DNA from: Carcharhinus amblyrhynchos
Lineage: Eukaryota
Length of the DNA stretch: 64,000 bases
Assembly (NCBI GenBank): GCA_965287045.1
Contig: OZ336871.1
Span: 107,818,001 to 107,882,000, forward strand
Direction of reading: 5' to 3'
Shown here: positions 12,718 through 27,120 of the stretch, piece after piece
Layout of the letters: the number at the start of each line of letters is the position of its first letter
Numbering within the stretch: the stretch's first letter is position 1
Notes under the pieces: model-generated
What the model saw: the letters and a program-made list of their open reading frames with translations, nothing else
Databases searched by the model: none
Told to the model about the DNA's origin: nothing
Program-made: the position numbers and the translations under genes

Positions 12718-15305
12718 TAGAATCATATCATAGAGAAGAGGCCCTTTGGCCCATTGAGTCTGCACCAAAGCGCGAGAAACACCTGACCTCAAGTGCTCAT
12801 CCAAGTATTTTTTTTAAAGTATGTAAGGCAACTCACCTCAACCACGCTCCCAGGCAGCGCATTCCAGACTATCACCACCCTCTGGTTAAAAAAGTTTTTA
12901 CTAACATCCCCCTAAATATCCTGCCCCTTACCTTGAACCCATGTCTCCTTGTGACTGATCCTTCAATTAAGGGGAACAGCTGCTCCTTATCCACTCTGTC
13001 CATGTCCGTCGTAATCTTGTATGCCCCTCTCAGTCTTCTCTGCTCCAAGGAAAACAACCCAAGCCTAACCAGCCTCTTTGTAACTTAAATGTTCCATCTT
13101 AGGCAGCATCATGGTGAATCTCCTCTGCACCCCCTCCAGTGCTACCATATCCTTCCCATAATGTGGCAACCAGAACTGCGCACAGTATTCTGGCTATGGC
13201 CTCACCAAAGTTCCATACAACTCCAACATGACATCTCTGCTTTTGTAATCTATGCCTCTATTAATAAAGGCAAGTGTCCAATATGCCTTTTTCACATCCT
13301 TACTAACATGTCAATCCACCTTCAAAGATCTATGGACAAACATGCCAAGGTCCCTTTGTTCCACAGAACTTCATAGTGTCATGCCTTTATTGAATCCTTC
13401 CTTGTCAAATTACTTTTTCCAAAGTGTATCACCTCTCTCTTTTCAGGGCTAAATTTCATCTGCCACTTGTCTGCTCATTTGACCATCCCACCTATATCTT
13501 CCTGTAACCCAAGACACTCAACCTCACTGTTAACCACCTGGCCAATCTTTGTCATCAGCAAACTTACTAACTTACTCCACATGGTCATCTATGTTGTTTA
13601 TATGAATGACAAATAATAGAGGACCCAGCACAGATTGCTGTGGTATGCCACTGGACACTGGCTTCCAGTCACTAAAGCAGTCTTCTGTCATCACCCTATC
13701 TCCTACAACTGAGCCAATTTTGAATCCACTTTATCAAATTGCCCTGTATCCAGTGAGCATTTGCTTTCCATGTGGAACATTTCAAAGGCTTGCTGGAATA
13801 CATATAAACTACATCAACTGCACTACACTCATCTACACATCTGGTCATCTCTTCAAGAAATTCAATCAAATTCATTAGGCATGGCCTCCCTCTGATAAAG
13901 CCATGCTGACTATCCCTGATCAATCCTTGCTCCTCTAAGTGGAGATAGATGTTCTCCTTCAGAATTTTTCTCCAATAATTTCCCTACCACTGATGTGAGA
14001 CTCACTGGTCTTAAGGTCACTGACTTATCTATACAACCCTTCTCAAATAGCAGAAACACAGTAGCTGTTTTCCAGTCCACTGGCACCTCTGCCGTTGTCA
14101 GAGAGGAATTAAAAACTTGGGTCTGAGCCACTGCAATTTCCTCCACTGCCTTCCACAGCAGCCTGGGATACAATTCATCTGACTTGGAGATGTTTCCACT
14201 TTTAAACCTGCCAACACCTCCAATACCTTATCACTCCCTATGTCAATTTGCTCAAGAACTTCACAGTCTCTCTCCCTGGGTTCAATACCTTCATCCTCAT
14301 TCTCTTGGGTGAAGACGGATGTGAAGAATTCATTCAACATTCTTTCACTGGTTATCCTCTTCCCATTGATATACTTATAGAATCTCTTGGAATTTTCCCT
14401 ACATTTACCAGCCAGAGCTTTCTCATATCCTCTGTTTTACCTAATTTGCTTTCTTAAACTCCACTATGCACTTTCTGTACTTCACTAATGTCTCTGCTGA
14501 CTTACTCCCCTTATACCTGCGAAAAGCCTTTCATTTCCATGTCATTGTGTCCTGAATATCTCTGGTCATCCATAGTTCTCTGGGCTTGTTATTCCTACCT
14601 ACCAGCCTAGAGGGAACATGCCGAGCTGGTACCTTCCCCATTTCTTTTTTGAACTGCTCTTCTGTTGATTTTTCCACTAGTAGCTGTTCCCAGTCTGCTT
14701 TGGCTAGATTCTGCCTTTTTCTTACTAAAAATCCACTCATTCCCAATCCAAAACATTTTTTTTGCATCTTGTCTATTTCCTTGCCCATAACAAGTTTAAA
14801 TTGTACTATGTTGCGATCACTATCACTAAATGCTCCCCTCCTCAACCACCTGTCCAGCTTCATTCCCCGGAATTCGGTTCATCGCCACTCCTTTCCTTGT
14901 TAGACCCTCTATATATTGGCCAAAAAGTGTTCTCCTGACACATTTCAAGAAATCCACTCCATCCAAGCCCTTAACACTATTTCTGCCCCAGTTAATTTGG
15001 GAAAATTGAAATCACCTACTAAAATTACCCTATTGTTATTAATTTTACACACCTTCACAAATTATGCACATAATTGCCCCTGGATTTCCTGCTGACTTTC
15101 GGGGAGTCTATAATGAACACCTAGCAATGTGGCTGTTCTTTTTTATTCCTAAGTTCTATCCACAAAGCTTCATTTGATGCTCCCTCCAGGATATCATTTC
15201 TCCTTACTGCAGTAACGGACTCCTTAACTGATAATATAATACCTCCTCCTCTTTTGCTGCCTCCCCTGTCTCGCCTGAATATTCTATATCCCAGAATGTT
15301 GAATT
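12718..15305 (-). mobile_element. CR1 LINE ORF2 (APE + RT), frameshifted
   Basis: GYRIFRRDRGGSKRGGG, RPVSLTSVVGKLLE, DSQHGFIRGRPCLMNLIEF and LEQRRLRG motifs in order; (tagaatca)n tail near 12718. Confidence 0.92.
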
Positions 15306-18189
15306 GACTGAGAACTGTGCGCTCTCTCTGCATCCAAAATGTAAATATTTATTCAGTTTTTACCATTTGAAGTTGATAATTCTATTAATGTATGAACAAT
15401 TAAGAATTTCCTATAACTCAATGTGAAATATTTAACAGGTATTAAATATATTTAATCTTATTTATGGAGTCGCAGTTAGTGGACAAGCCTGATTTCAATC
15501 TTACAGCTCACTGAGCTGAGGGAGGGCCACTCATGTGGCCCACTCACTAGTCTAGTTGCCCATTACAATACCATGATGATGGACGGGGTATTTGTACTTG
15601 AACACAGAATCCAGTGTTGATCCCAATGTGCATCTAGTTCTCATGGTGTGAAAGCAATGTTGGTATATAATGGCTTTTTATTTTGTGTCTGTAGAGCATG
15701 TCACTTCTGAATGCGACAGTCAGGTAATTGCATCCCAGAGATAAAAACCATTCAGCTGACCAAACTGCTACTCTTGATTTGCCATGAATTTCAAGAAAAT
15801 CAGTGAGAATTATAACATGCCTGTTCTATTAAATGCTTCCTGTGATACTTTCCATAGTCAGTCTTACAACTTAAAAACATACTTAACAGGTATAAATATT
15901 AAAACATGTGCTATCAGTTTTTAAAAATTATAAGTTTGACCTCTCACTTCCAATACAATTATTTGTATGCAAATGCTAAAGACTGGGTGGTTAATGAAGC
16001 ATTCAGTTGTCACTTTGTTGAAATATACTTGCAGGACAAATAAGTTTGTAAAGGGTATTATTTTAATCTTAAAGTGCAACTGGTGGGGAGGTAATTTTTA
16101 GTGGGAATGAGTCAACTGTCCTTTATACTGTCCACCCAAAATCCCTTTCAATTTAGAACCAATTTTCATCTTTGTGGCGATGGTAAATTGGCGAGAGTAG
16201 ATCCACAAAGTGTATAATTGGAAGTCAATTCAGTGCTGCCAGTTTATCACCCAACCCAACTGGAAAATCTGCCTCATTTAAGAGTTGAAAACATCACTGA
16301 GTTATCAGAGTTTATTGTTTGCAGTAAACACAATAGAGAGAGTCTTCAAAATATTGCACATTTCTGGAGCCTATACATAGTGAAATCCCATCACATCAAA
16401 TTGGTTGCAGTGAATGAAATAGCATATAACGGGTGGTTATGTATATAATTGAATAAGTACTTTAACCAGTAAAATTTGGCACATTTCACAGTCATTTCAA
16501 TTGTGTTCTCATAATGAAAGATATTAAATGTTCAGCTTGCGTACAATTAACATAATGTACAGAATTGAAAGGATTAGGGCACAGTGGAGCACTGATCATC
16601 AGGGGATTTTAATTGCGTATCCTTGCCCTATTAAGCTCAGGAGTTTCACCAGGTCAGTAACTATTCTGAGTTGAAATGAAAACCATTGAAGATTAGTGAC
16701 GTGAAATACGTTAGTTGACATGGACCAATGCCATCGCGTAACTGCAGATGCCCCATAACTGTCTTCATGACCCTGCAGCTGTTGAAATCATTAGTGCAGT
16801 GCCACTGTGTGTGTGTGTGTGGATTTACAGGTTGTGTTTTATTACCCATCAGTTTACTATAGCTCTAGGAAAGTATTCAGGAAGTGCATTTTGCCTTACA
16901 GGCGATAACTGTGTTGAATGTTGTGCTAGTAAAAAATTCAATCACCATCGTGCTCATGACACCTGAAGTAAAGGTCAGCAGACAAACATAGCCATTTAAT
17001 TTACACTTTTAGAATTGACTTAAGATGAACCTTGGCAGATAGCAGGTCCTGAAGATGCATTTTATTCTCATATTGGTGCAATAACAGTACAAATTCTTTC
17101 TTTATTTGTCCAGTGTAGCCAACATACAGTCAACAATAACTTTCCCATTTCTTGCAAGATTACCTATAGTATGCCACCAGGTGACTTCCTTGGCATCTTC
17201 CTATTCCCCACTAGTATTGTTCCTCATTATAACCCATTTAGTTGCCTATGATGACGAAGACATAAAGTCATAGCGAATATGGGAGAGTTGTAGCAAAGTT
17301 AATGTTTGTTATTGACAACAATGTGGATGCAGCATTTGGGGTGAGGTAAAGTTAGAGAGGTAGAGTTTCATAAGTGGAAGTCACTGGTCTTGGTGACAGA
17401 CAGGATATGCCCTTTCATTTGTAGCTTGGAGCCAAGTGGCAAATAATGATTGAGTATAGAGTTGTGCTCAGCTTAATTGGATATTCAGGAAGGTGAAGGA
17501 ATTGGGTCAAGATGTAACAATTATAATGGAAACTAGGAGGTTGTGATTCTTCTCAATGTTGAATGCAAAAAAAAATTCTAGTTATTAGCTAGGCAGCAGA
17601 ACAACATAGCAAACTTTGAAGTTTATGGGTAAAGTAGAAAATAACCATTGACATACACATGAAACCTGGCACCATATATCGAGATGAGATCAATGAGGGA
17701 CAACATCAAAGAAACCATTGCAGGTGGCATGCTGGCTACATTGCACAAGTAAAAACTTAGATTGTTATAGCAATTTTGAAAACCTTGGGATTTACCAAAA
17801 TGCTTTATAACTTGTGGGCAGCTCAAAACAGTTTTCTCACAAATGCAGCAGACAAATTGCACACAGGATGAATGTTGTGCAGGCAGCAATGAGGTGAAAT
17901 ATAAGTCAAGTTCCATGTGAGTGCAGTGCCAAGCAGGTAAATCATTGGCGAGGGACAGTGGAGGAGGGTGTATGATTGAACATTTCAAAGACAACGGAAA
18001 TGTCAAGGAGGAAGAAAAAGAATAACAACTCCTACATATGTAGAATGTTGTTGGTGACTTTAAACATGGGGGATTAGCAATGCAGTGGATGAGGTACAAT
18101 AAGGGCACTGAGGGGGTTAGAAACACAAATGGTAATAACACACAGCAAACTTTTAGAGAGTAAAGGAAGATTGGCAATGGGACAGCAGT

Positions 18190-18520
18190 TATCATAGAAT
18201 CTCTACAGTGCAGAAGGAGGCCATTCAGCCCATCGAGCCTGCACTGACCTCCCCAAAGAGCATCCCATCCAGGCCAATCCCTGCAACCCAGTGCATCCAT
18301 CATTCCTAACCGACACCTTATGGGCAATTTAACATGGTTGATCCACATAACCTGCACATCTTTGCACTGTGGGTGGAAACCGGAGCACCCGGAGGAAACC
18401 CATGCAGACAAGGGGAGAACGTGCAGACTCCGCACAGGCAATGACGCAAGGCCAGAATCAAACCTGGGTCCCTGGCACCGTGAGATGACAGTGCTAACCA
18501 TTGTGCCACTATGCCACCCA
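18190..18520 (-). mobile_element. tRNA-derived SINE with a CR1-type tail
   Basis: ggcatagtggcacaatggttagcactg head; atcatagaatctctacagtgcagaaggagg tail. Sits in purine-rich old L2-like sequence (about 17300-19600). Confidence 0.85.
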
Positions 18521-19115
18521 GTTAAGCATAAAAATGTTGAGCATAACAAAAAAAGCAGTAGGATGATCTTGGTGGCTTTGAAAGAAGTGGGAGGAGGCAT
18601 TTTCTGAGGAGGTGCAGAGGGTGTGTATGAGAACTGAGGAAGGATAACTGAAAATCAGAGTCAAAGAAATGAGAGATTAGTCACATGGAGGGGAGAAATT
18701 TGGTGAGAGCTGGGTGTAAATGGGAGAGAAGCTGTAATTTGGTATGTTTTAAACTGGTGCAGGTGAACTGTGAGGAAGCTGGTGTTAGCTGTGTAGATGC
18801 TGGTAACCTAGGAATGAATTTGAAGGAGATGGTTTCTAAGGAAGGATGAAGGTTGGTGATTTCCCTTATTCCCCAGACTGATTCTTGAATACTGAGGTGA
18901 TTTTCATGCAAAGGGAGGCATTATTTTATCAGATTTTTGGCCAGACTGGTCACAAACCATACATCTCTGAGGATGTAGGATCTTGAAATTGAAAACAAAG
19001 ATGAGAAGTGGCAGAGCTAGAAGCTTATGGGATCTTTCTGGTATGGAGAAGAACACAAAGTGAAGAAAGGTCCCAGACGAGGGTGAGATCAGAAGGTGAT
19101 ATTGGAGGGATTTAC

Positions 19116-19438
19116 GGGGAGGTGATGATGTAGTGGCATTATCGCTAGATTATTAATTCAGAAACTCAGCTAATGTTTTGGGAACCTGGGTTCAAATCCT
19201 ACCATGACAGATGGTAGAATTTGAACTCAATAAAAAATAGCTGGAATTAAGAATCTACTGATGACCATGAAACTGTCGGACTAATGTCCTTTTGGGAAGG
19301 AAATCTGCACCCTTACCTGGTCTGGCCGACATGTACTCCAGAGCCACAGCAATGCGGTTGACTGTCAACTGCCCTCCAAGGGCAACTAGGGATGGGCAAT
19401 AAATGCTGATCCATGTCCCATGAATGAGTAAAAAAAAA
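19116..19438 (+). mobile_element. Second tRNA-derived SINE family, full length
   Basis: ggggaggtgatgatgtagtgg...cctgggttcaaatcc head; gggcaactagggatgggcaataaatgctg...A-rich tail; a reverse-oriented copy lies at 23127-23496. Confidence 0.8.
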
Positions 19439-19718
19439 CATATGTAAATGGTCTGGTAAATTATGTGATTAGAGTGTCAAGTGTCAGAGATCTTAGTGGT
19501 GGTGGGGAAGGGGGAATACCAAGGTTGAGAAGTGGAAATGGATGAGGTTGATCAGCAACATGGGAGCATAATGAGGAGAGTAGCTGGGGGAATTTGGGTA
19601 TATGTTGAAATCATTGAGCATTCTACAAGAGTCATCTTTGCTGTGAGTTCCATCTTTAACAGCAAAAGTTATTGCGGGATTCTGGTTTAATCATACCACC
19701 AGATTTTGTTTGTTGTAG

Positions 19719-19984
19719 TTAACAGATATTGTAGTGAATGAAATTCTCCATGGAGCTGATGGAACTGACATCAAATGTGGAGTGATTGGAGAAATTGGCT
19801 GCTCTTGGCCAATGACGGAGAGTGAGCGAAAAGTTCTTCAAGCTACAGCTGAAGCACAAACACAGCTTGGCTGCCCTGTCATCATTCACCCAGGCAGAAA
19901 TAGTGACTCACCTTTCCACATCATCCGAATACTGCAGGAGGCTGGAGCTGATATCTCCAAAACAGTCATGTCCCATCTAGATCG
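19719..19984 (+). CDS. PTER: PTER coding exon 2 (aa 145-233)
   Basis: ttgtag|TTAACAGAT; encodes [31 protein letters not shown]...IIHPGR...VMSHLDR with E169, H201, H230; donor CG|gtaagt; 266 nt. Confidence 0.97.
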
Positions 19985-20446
19985 GTAAGTGGAGAATGTT
20001 TTAGAACAGCATTGCTTATACCCAAGAGTCCTTTAATGACTGTTTTCATGGGAAAAAAAATTGACTTGCTTGAAGTTATCTCATGCAAAATAGGTAACAA
20101 GCTATTATAAACCACTAATCCAGATATCAGTATATTTCGGAAAGTGGGATCAAAACAGCAGAAGAGTATTTATTTGTGAAGCTAATATAATGCAATAGAA
20201 ATACATTTACTGCTTTGGTTTATGTTTGTTCTCTTTGGACAAGTGTAACAAAGAAGAAAAGAAGAAACATTAAATATTTTAGGCTTATGTAATGGCAAGC
20301 TTTATACATGAGCAAGCTTAGATTCATGCCGTGATTATAATTTACTGTTGAACTTAGATGGTGCACTATGCTTCATTTACTTTCTAGAAGCAACGTTTCT
20401 ACTCATAATGTTAATATATAGAGGAAGCTAGAATAATAGCTTCCAA

Positions 20447-20792
20447 TAGAATCATAGAATCCTTACAGTGCGGAAGAGGCCATTCAGACCATCGAATCTG
20501 TATTAACTTTCTGAGTGCATTTTACCCAAGCCCTTCCCCTACACTATCCCCATAACCCCACACATTTTCCATGGTTAATCCATCAAACGTATACATCTCG
20601 GGACACTAAGGGACAATTTAGCATGGTCAATCCATCTAATCTACTCACCTTTGGACTGTGGGAGGGAAACCCACACAGATGCAGGGAAAATGTGCAAACT
20701 CCACACAGACCACACAGTCACCCAAGATCAGAATTGAATCCGCCTTTCTGGAGCTGTGAGGCAGCAGCGCTAGCCACTGTGCCGTCATGCTG
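20447..20792 (-). mobile_element. tRNA-derived SINE with a CR1-type tail
   Basis: Same head and tail as the 18190 copy. Confidence 0.85.
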
Positions 20793-22404
20793 CAACTATT
20801 AGCGTGAAGAGCTTTCTTTGACACTTGTGCACCCAGTCTGTCATCCTTAATGCATGACCATGAGTTGAATACAAAATGCAAATTTTATTCATTGAAGTAT
20901 TATCAGTTTGGTCTTCATGTCTATAGAGTAGATAAAACAACATGGGGTTACATAGAATATATGGCACAGAAATGGCATTTTAGCTTTCATTTTCCCATCA
21001 TGTATATCCTTGCATTTCTGGTATCAACCTTTATCTTAAGGCGATCTGAATTCCTTTAATATATATGAAAATTTGTCAAATGTGCAGATGCTTTGGTTGA
21101 GTAGTTAATTCTAGTAAGAAAATGTCTTAATTTGCTACTCAGCTGAAAGTGCTCCTTCCTCTTCCCCTTAAAGCCCTCCTATAGAGTCACTTTTTTGACC
21201 AAGCTTGCACTCTTAATCTTGGTGTCTATTTTTTATGTAATGTTGTCTGATACTATGGGAATCAGGAGGGATATCAGCACGGGTAGGTTTCTAGGGAGCA
21301 AGAGGCAATATGAACTTGGAGAGGCTGAAGTGGGAAGAGAATGAAAAAGTGCTGGGGGAGGTTGAAGGCAAGGTGGATTAGAAGTTGGAGAAAAGAAAAG
21401 TGTCAAGAAACAACTATATAGAAGAGTTAAGGAAACCCGTGAGGCTTTTCATATTTGTTAATGGAGGGTGATGGGCAAGGGATAAGTTCCTGAGGTGGTT
21501 CATCAGGAAGGAAATAAATCTTGGTTTCTTCTTGCTCTTGGCGTAAAGATTGGAGAGGTACCATCAGAAATCAGGTAACAGAAACCCAGTGTGAGAAGGA
21601 TAAACTTGATCCGAGTCATAATGGAAGAACAGAATAAACCAGTGGACGGATGGCATCAAGATTAGAGTGGAGGAAAAAAAAAAGCGAGGAAAGCAGTCAG
21701 CTATCTTTTTAGGAAAGCTAACAACTGAGCCAAAGCAGCAGATGGTTGGAAAAGATGATTCAAAGAAATTTCAAGCAACAACATGACAAAAAAAGAACAG
21801 CAGCTTGAGAAACAGGACGGCAACATTACTACTTCTCTTCAAATAGTTACTTTCTCTAGGTCTAAATTTAGGAGTTATAAACTGATTGAAAGCTTGCGTA
21901 GAATTCTTTTTGATTGAAATACTAAATGTCATAGGTAGAGTTTCTATGAGAAGGAGCAGAGTGATAGGAGTGACTGAATCAAGATGTAATATGAGATTTG
22001 GTGGTAGTGGAAAGCCTTTGATATCAGTTGCAACAATAACAGTCGCTATGAAAGCATCCAACCGAAAGCAGTCCTTTACTGGGAATAAACCAACAAAAGG
22101 TTCTGATGCCATCCTAGTTGCTTGACTAATGTGAGAGATAATTTAACAGGTTTTCTTGCTACCAGCACATCCGCAAAATGTGTCAATAGAGTAGGTTTAG
22201 AGAAGTAATGCAGAATTAGTTCTTCAATCCCAGTAGTTTTAGCAGCCCCATAAGTGTATATATTTTTTCCTGCTGAACTATCCCCCAATAATTGTTGGAA
22301 GAACTATGTTTATCTTAACAGAATACAAATTGTAGCTTTGCAGTTTTACAGTTTCCAGAACAAAAGGATAAAATCCCTTTTTGAAACACAGCTGCAATTA
22401 ATCT

Positions 22405-22693
22405 TTTTAAAGTTAAAGTTTATTTATTAGTCACAAGTAAGGTTTACATTAACAGTGCAATGCAGTTACAGTGAAATTCCCCAGTTCCCCACACTGCAGC
22501 ACCTGTTTGGGTCAATGCACCTAACCTGCACATCTTTCAGTCTGTGGGAGGAAACTGGAGCACCTAGAGGAAACCCATGTAGACATGGGGAGAATGTGCA
22601 GACTCCACATGGGCAGTGACCCAAGCCAGGAATTGAACCTAGGTCCCTGGCCTTGAGGCATCAGTGCTAACCACTGTGCCACCATGCTGCCCC
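22405..22693 (-). mobile_element. HE1-like SINE
   Basis: Colinear with 3451-3760. Confidence 0.88.
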
Positions 22694-23126
22694 ATCTGTA
22701 CCCATTATTGTCTCCATATCAGTTGCATGTATACTCTGAGATAAATAAGTTACTTTAAATATCCTGTTGGTCACTTCAGGAGTTGTTATTGTCAAATTCA
22801 GAAATGCCCTCAAGGTCATGACCATCCTAAAGAGCAGTGACTAAGCTGATGAGAGAAAGGAATGCGTGAGGCTTGTAAACAGTTGCAATCCCAAGAACCT
22901 ACAGTGTGCTGCCATACAATGGAATGCCTTGTCTCCTAATAGGGGCAAATAGTGGACTTTTGTTGACACCAAGTCCTTAATTGTTAGTTTAGGGTGGATA
23001 GCCCCCTTGAATAATACTACTAAAAATCAGTTTCTAATCCAGAATTAACCAGGTGACATTTATGCATATAGTACATTTGGGCTGGTCATTGTTAGTAAGT
23101 AATTGGGTGCTTTTTCATTCTGCGAG

Positions 23127-23496
23127 TTTTCTTTTCATTCATTTATGGAAGGTGGGTGTTGCTGACTGGCCAGCATTTATTGCCCATCCCTAGTTGCCCT
23201 TGGAGGGCAGTTGAGCGTCAACCATGTTGCTGTGGCTCTGAAGTCACATATAGGCCAGACCAGGTAAGGGTGGCAGATTTCCTTCCCTAAACGACAGTAG
23301 TGAACTAAATGGGTTTTTCCAACAATCGATAATGATTTCATGGGTCATCAGTAGATTCTTAATTCCAAATTTTTTTTATTATTGAATTCAAATTCAACCA
23401 TCTGCCATGGAGGGATTTGAACTCAGGTCCCCAGAACATTAGCTGAGTTTCTGGATTAATAGCCTAGAGATAATATCACAAGACCATCATCTCCCC
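23127..23496 (-). mobile_element. Second SINE family, full length (inverted partner of 19116-19438)
   Basis: Reverse complement of 19116-19438, for example ggaattaagaatctactgatgacc / ggtcatcagtagattcttaattcc. Confidence 0.82.
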
Positions 23497-23619
23497 ATTG
23501 ATGCTAACTCAGAATCTTATTGCATGTTAATCGGGAATCCAGCTGTTCAAGTTTCTTGAAGTCTTCCAAGAGCATTTCTACACTGGCTTCATTCACCTGC
23601 GGCCAAACCTTTTACATCT

Positions 23620-24120
23620 GTGGAGCAGTATTTAACACAGTTTCTAGCCAATTCTAGGCATCACATTTTAAGAAGGATGCAAAGGCCTTTGAGAAAGTGC
23701 TGAAATGATTTACAATAATGGTGTAAGGGGTAAGAAACTCTCTGGTTACATGGAGAGATTGGAGAAGATCAGGTTGTTTTCCTTAGAGCAGAGACGGTTA
23801 AAAGGAGATTTGATAGAAGTGTTCAAAATCATGAATTATGTTGATAGAGTAAACAAGAAGAAATTTCATGCAATATCAGAAGGGTTGATAATCAGAGGAC
23901 TCAGATTTAAAGCAATTGGCAAAGGTGACGTTATGATCTGGAGTGCATGGTTTGGAAGGGTGGCAGAAGCAGATTCAGTAAATGTTCAAAAGATAATTGG
24001 ATAAACGCTGGAAAGAAAAAGAATTACAGGGATTTGGGTAAAGGGTAGGGTGTGTTCTTAAATTTTTAATTGCTTTACCAAAGTACAGGCTCAACGTATT
24101 GAATGGCCTCCTATCCTGCA
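23620..24120 (+). mobile_element. CR1 3' fragment
   Basis: ERLEKIRLFSLEQRRLKGDLIEVFKIM. Confidence 0.85.
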
Positions 24121-24399
24121 TCAATCAATGGTCCCTCTTTTTGCTTCGCCCACATTACGTGAAGTCACCATCATTTTTGGTGGTTTTCCATCTGGATGCC
24201 CTACCTCCTGCTCCCCATTTATCCAGTAATGGTAACAATACATACTGGCTTGCCTGCACCAGTAGCTTGGTTCTTTCATAGCCAACAAGTCTAGAAGTGG
24301 CACTTGAACCTTCTGGCTAAGAGGCAGGAGAGCTGTGCACTGAGCCGCTCCAGCACCCTAATGGTTCTCTGATAAATATATAACAAAAAATGCAGTGGT

Positions 24400-27120
24400 T
24401 TCTAAGTAAATCCCTGGTAGACACTACTGCCACATCCCTCCAGTCCGAATGCATCTGTTCATCACAGATATGACCCTCAGCCAACCTTGTATCCACATTG
24501 GCTGTTTAAAATCATAGGATCCAATTTTCTATAATTTATCCCTCCTGATTCCCATAGTATCAGAAGCCTTTTTCAATGTTCATAAATACATCAATCACGC
24601 TACCTTCACCCACCCTCTCTGCTACTTCATCAAAGATCTCAATCAAGTTGATCAAACACTTGTATTTGCCTTTAACAAATACTTTGATTTATTAACCAGC
24701 CGAGAGCCAATGAATTTTGTCCCAGATGAATGTCCCAAACCAACATAAGGCTGACAGACTTGTAAATGCAAAGTTTAGTCCCCTCTGTCCCTGTTCAAAC
24801 AGTGAAGGATTTGCAATCCTTCATTCCACTGGTGCCATTTGTATTTCTAGGGAGGATTGGAAGATTGTGGTGAGAGTGTCCACAGTTTCCAACCTTGCAT
24901 CCCTGTACAACCTCGAATGCTTCCCATCCAAATAGAGTGACTTTTCCACAGTGAGTGCTGCCAACCTCTTACATTCCTCTTTATCTATTTTTATCTGATC
25001 CAGTTTCTCTACTACATCTTCCTGTACTGTGATATTGACAGCCCGCTTTCCCTAATTGAAAACGGATGCAAAAATTCTTGTTTAGTACCTGAGGCATGCC
25101 CCCCGCCTCCACAACTAAACTGTCCTTTTAGTCCATAATTAACCGTACCTTTCCTTTTACTACCCTTTTGCTACTTATATGCTTAGAAAATGCATTTTTA
25201 TTCTCTCTTATGTTAGTGGTTAATCTTTTCTCATACACTCTTTGTCCCTCATATTTCACTTCTCAGTTTTCCACTGTACTTTTGCATTCATCTTGGTTCT
25301 CTACTGAATTACAAATCTGCTATTTATTATGGGCTTCCTTTCTCTGTTCTGTTTGAATCTCTATTATCTTCAGCCATCTGGTGAGATCAAGTTCTCCTTG
25401 TGGGTCAGGGTCAATCTGTGGTTGAACGATCTCTTTGAAGGCCTCCCATTATTCATTTGTTGCTTTATCTGTCAATCTTTGGCTCCAATCTACCTGGGCC
25501 AGATTTCCTTTAAACTTGCATATTAGTCCTCCTTCAGATGAATATTTCCATGTTTGATCTTTCCTTTTTTTTTGTAATTACACAATATCGTTAGATTTAG
25601 TGATCTGTTTCTCAAATGCTGTCCCAAATATATTCGACTTGCCCTACCACCAGAACTAAACCAAAGTTGCTTCCTTCCTGGGTGAGCTGGAAACATATAA
25701 AAGAAAGTTCTTTTATATACATTTCAGGAATTCCTTGCAAACTTTGCCCTTAACACCTTTATGGTGCCAGTTTATATTAGGAAATTGAACTCCTGCTTAT
25801 CATTACACTATTCTATCTGAAATTAATCTGTGGATTTGCCCTTCCATCTGGCTCCCACTATTTGGTGGCCTATAGTGTATCCCCAGTAGTCTGTTATTGT
25901 TCTTTCCTTCTGATCCAATAGATTCTGTTTTTGAACCTGCAATTGGATCATGCCTGTCTGCTGCTGCAACAATATCTTTGAACACTACTGTAATTTATTC
26001 CCTTTTTACTTTCTTGTTTTTCTGAAATACATGTAAACAGGAATAGTAAATGTCTGTTCCTTTCCTTAGTTGAGCTAGATCGCTATTATTTCCACGATAT
26101 ATTTATGTCTTGCTACTTATGCCTGTGGTTCCCACATTTGTCAAGCATTTAATCACATGTACTCTAAACCCATTGTGGTCTACCACATGTGTTCCCCAAC
26201 CTCCCCATCTAATCCCTTTTATTTATGAACTATTCTTTACTCTAATGCCTTCCTGGCCCTCTGTGAATCTTGGACTCCGCTCCAATGCTTCATGTTGGTG
26301 CACCTCACCTTCTGTGTTCCTCCTCCCCATCAAATTAGTTTAAATACTTCCTCACAGCATTAGTTAATCTTCATGCAAGGATATTGGTTCCAGCCCTGTT
26401 GAACTGGTTCCAAAGCCCCAACAATATGAAGTCTTCTCTCCTGCACCATTTTGCTAGCCATGTATTAACCTATCTTATACTACTGCTCCTATATTCACTG
26501 ATATATGGCAATACAAGGAACCCCAAACTGCTACTGTTGAGTTCTTGCTCTATACCTTCCTCCGCAGCTCCTGAAGCTTTGTCTGTAGGACCTCCAACCT
26601 ATTCTTTTTTAAGTCATTGGTTACAATATCGACTATGACTTTTTGCTGTTCCTTTTGCCCCTGCAGTATGTTCTGCACCCATTCAGTGATGGCCTTTACC
26701 CTGGCGTTAACGTATCATGTGGTTGGTGATTTCAAAAATGTCCCTCGTTCGTCAAGTCCCCTATGTCTTTAATATCTCTACTCTTTACTGTGCACCGTGC
26801 CCCACCTCTGTAGCCATTTGCCCAACAAAGCACTTGCACGTGCTTTAGATAGCCTGAGGTGCCAGTACACTTGCCAGCATTTAGTACTGAGACTGCCATA
26901 GTCCTGGAGGATTCCTTCATTCCCTGTTTCTTTGTACTCTTTGTACTCTTGTGTGGTCACCCACTCACTATCCTGTTGAACTCTCTGGAGCTGCTAGGTG
27001 ACGACCTCCTGGAATATGCACTGTGGGAATTTCTCACCTCCAGTATGCCCTGTAATAATATGCCTGTAGTTCCTCAAACTCAGAAATTCTGATCTTAAGT
27101 TTGAATGACCAGAGACACTT
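24400..27120 (-). mobile_element. Old, long CR1 remnant (ORF1 to RT)
   Basis: LLGIHYRPPNSG APE motif (ORF 25803-25985); colinear decayed RT pieces toward 24400. Confidence 0.7.

Noticed and set aside
17623-18600. 325-aa minus-strand ORF
   Set aside because: Runs through a SINE and decayed L2-like sequence; no recognisable domain or splice structure.
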